Assembly: GCA_964016885.1 (NCBI GenBank)
Contig: OZ024747.1
Coordinates: forward strand, 51,770,001-51,834,000
DNA: 64,000 nt
Reading direction: 5' to 3'
DNA from: Eledone cirrhosa
Taxonomy: Eukaryota
Each line of letters opens with the position of its first letter. Position 1 is the first letter of the stretch. This document shows positions 61,144-64,000 of the stretch, piece by piece. The translations under genes and the position numbers were made by a program. The notes under the pieces were generated by a model, which was given only the letters and a program-made list of their open reading frames with translations, did not search any database and was not told the origin of the DNA.

Positions 61144-63255
61144 ATGGCTACGAAAAAGAAATTTCATACGTCACTCCCACTCATTCCGTCTTCTTCTTCC
61201 TCAATCATCACTACAGCAGAGAGAAAATTGTCTCTCTCCCTCCCTTCTTTAAATGTGTCTCTCTCCCTCCTTTCTCTTTCGCAAGTAACGAAAGAAAAGA
61301 AAAGTCTCGTGCAAAGCGTGCAAGGTTTCTCCACGACGACGACGACAGCGACGAAACAGGTGTGCGGGAAATACGAAAACACAGTTCATTCGTCTGACGT
61401 CAGGAATAATAGTAGTAGCAGCCGTAATAACAACAGCAACAGTGACAATGAAAACAACAGTAGCAGCCGCAACAGCATCACCAGCAGCATAAACAACAAC
61501 AGCATTAGCAGCAGCAACACCAACAACAACCACAGCAACCGCGGCGGAGGCAGTAGTCGTAGTACCTGCAGCAACAACAAAAGTACCAGCAGCTCTGACG
61601 ACAACAACAACAGCAGCAGCAGAGAAAAACCAATCTCATTTGCAGGTATTGCGTAAAACTTGGAAACAATCCTCATAACAAATGAGGAATTAGAGGAAGC
61701 GAAGAAGATGGTGACAAAGAACGGACACCGAGCAATCTGCAAGGCAGCGGAAAAATTTTTCGAAACCCAAGAGCACTGTACGGTCACGTACCGTACAGTA
61801 AGTACAAAATCCCGTAGGGTGGAAAGAGCCACAGAGGCCCAAATACAAAAAGCCTTGGGGTCTGTGTGGCAGCGGAAAACGCACATCACCCGAGGCAAAA
61901 AATATGCCACCGTAGACGTACTTTTTGCCACACCCCAGGAGGCAAAGGCCCAATCAGTAGTGACCCTAAGGAGCGAGGAAATGGTGTTGGTGCCCTCCTA
62001 CTGCGGGCAAAAAATTGTGAGGGTCAAACTGACCCACGTCCCCCCCCCCCCCCCCGGAATGGCCCCTTCTTGGCTGGCCGCGTCTGTCCTCGTCGGAATC
62101 GAGGACAAAACAACTGTACTGCAAGTACAGAAAAAAGTAAGAGAAGGTTGGGTAGGCACCTCCATTGAGATGCTAATCCAAACCAACCAGGAGTGCATCG
62201 AAGCTATCCCGGATGTGATAGACTTCGATAACGGCATTCAACTGCCCATAAGTGTTGAGGGCAAACGCCCGAAATGCTTTCGCTGTGGATCGAAGACTCA
62301 CCTCAGGGCCTTCTGCAACGAGAAGACCCTGAGAAAGGAGAAAACCCCCCTCCTTCCGAATCCGGCTCCACGGCTACCAGCAACAGGACAAGCGGCAACC
62401 AGGAACGATAGGTCCGTGGCACCCATACCCACTCCACGGAAATCAAAAACAGCAGCAGCAGTGGAAATATTAACAACAACAACAGCAATACCAAATGCAG
62501 CTGCAACAGAGACTCCAGTGCAAACATCACCAACAACAACAAGTGAAAGAGTGGAGCTGGTACCCCTCCCCGACCTCACAGAATCAGACATGGAGTGTGA
62601 GGTGGGAGAGGGATGGCAAAAGGTCGTAAGAAGGCACAAACGCAGAAGCAGCGCATCGTCGCCTTTGAAAAGGGAGGAAAGAAATGAGAAAAGGGTAAAG
62701 TCTACTGCAAAGAGACCCACAGCAGCAACACCACCAACACCATCACCACCCACACTAGCACCACCATCACCACCGGCGACAACCCCACCGCCAACAACAC
62801 CTTCAACACCACCACCACAAGCACCAACATCGCAAACACAACAACAAAACACATACACCCAGCAACAACGACAAGAAAATAGCAGAACCACACCCCACCC
62901 CCAGAAAAACAAATGCACGGCAATAAATACACACAACAAGAAACTAATGACTTACATAATTGAACACACAGACATTTCACAACAGGACTACATAATACCA
63001 GCACCAATCAAAACACCAACTAACATAAGACTGCTAAAAATAGCACAGAAACAATACACAAACATTAAAACGAAATTCCCCAACGCAGTTGGTGATTTCA
63101 GGGACCTAGGAGGAACCATCAATCGAAGAGTATATTCAGACATTCTCTTAGAAGAGCCGACGACCAGCCGAAGGGACGATTCAACGGTCCCTTCACCAGA
63201 CGATCAAGTGAAAAGGGATGTAAAAACCATCCCTCCTCTACCAAAAGTACGGTAA
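61144..63255 (+). pseudogene. ORF1 with a premature stop
   Basis: AAA->TAA at 61654-61656 splits ORF1 into 170 and 531 aa. Poly-C expansion at ~62040. Confidence 0.9.
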
Positions 63256-63290
63256 GTGGTCTTTCCCATCTTTTCCACTCTATTTTAAAC

Positions 63291-64000
63291 ATGACCTCAC
63301 TCAGAATAGGCAGCATAAATGCGCGTGGCTTGGGGTCGTCATAGAAGCAGGGTCACATGCTCAACGACCTCAGGTCACTAAACATAGATGTAGTGGCCAT
63401 CAGCACCAGAATCTCCGAAGCACGGGCCTTCGCACCGATCTTCGGCGGCTACGATGTGTACGCATCTCCCAGCCGTCCTGGATCCGGTGGAGGAGTTGCT
63501 GTGCTTTTTCGGAGAGGTTTGGATCTCGCCATACGGGCCATCTTCCTGGACCCAGAGGGTAAGCTGGTGGTGCTGGACGTGACCAGCGGAGACGGGCAAG
63601 CTTTCAGGCTAGTGGCCGTCTATGCCCCGACGGGAGCAGGGCGGCCTGATTTCTTCCGGCGTCTGGAGACCTTTCTTGGAACGTCCCGCTCTTTAGTGTT
63701 AGTGGGCGACTGGAACGGGATCTTAGATGCACGCTGGGACTGTGTGGGATTAGCGGATAGGGGTGGAGGGTGCAAGAGCCTCACCAACCTGCTCAGGCGT
63801 TTTGAACTGTCTGACAGGTACCGATTGGATTTCCCGAATGTGCCAATGTGGACTTGGACAAACCGCATAGGGTCATCCAGATCATATCTAGATAGAGTAT
63901 TTTGTAGAGAAATAGATAGGTCTAGCATAGGCTGTCCACAATTCAAGATAGTCAGCTACACGGACCACAAATTCGTGATCTGTGTGCTTGACTTAGATAG
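63291..64000 (+). pseudogene. ORF2 5' part (APE domain), inactivated
   Basis: TGG->TAG at 63342-63344 and a 3-bp deletion removing the Glu of the SETR motif (~63404). Confidence 0.9.

Larger units (their letters stand above)
60930..64000 (+). mobile_element. Second, near-identical but disabled copy of the Tx1-like element (runs off the window)
   Basis: Starts gaatgccatggttgacgg after (TTA)n at 60907-60929 and is colinear with 14315 down to ~11257. Confidence 0.95.

Overview
Eukaryotic, very AT- and microsatellite-rich DNA made almost entirely of retroelements and simple repeats; no host gene is confidently identifiable. The SINE family and the microsatellite load suggest a cephalopod (octopus-like) genome, but that is inference. 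Main contents: (1) an intact ~6.0 kb Tx1/L1-clade non-LTR retrotransposon (8288-14315, minus; zinc-knuckle ORF1 plus APE-RT ORF2), a near-identical disabled copy (60930 to window end, plus) and a diverged 5'-truncated relative (36635-38343). All are joined to (ATT)n tracts, and two are chained head-to-tail with a tRNA-derived SINE that has a similar 3' end. (2) An internally deleted R4/Dong-like RLE retrotransposon flanked on both sides by (CATA)n. (3) At least three decayed Penelope-like (RT plus GIY-YIG) elements, and short (TA)n-associated units carrying hammerhead ribozyme motifs, two of them as foldbacks. (4) RTE-like fragments, more than ten SINE copies and complex satellites, including a 16-bp purine-rich array with 752-bp and 256-bp higher-order periods. 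Most ORFs in the supplied track are microsatellite artefacts.
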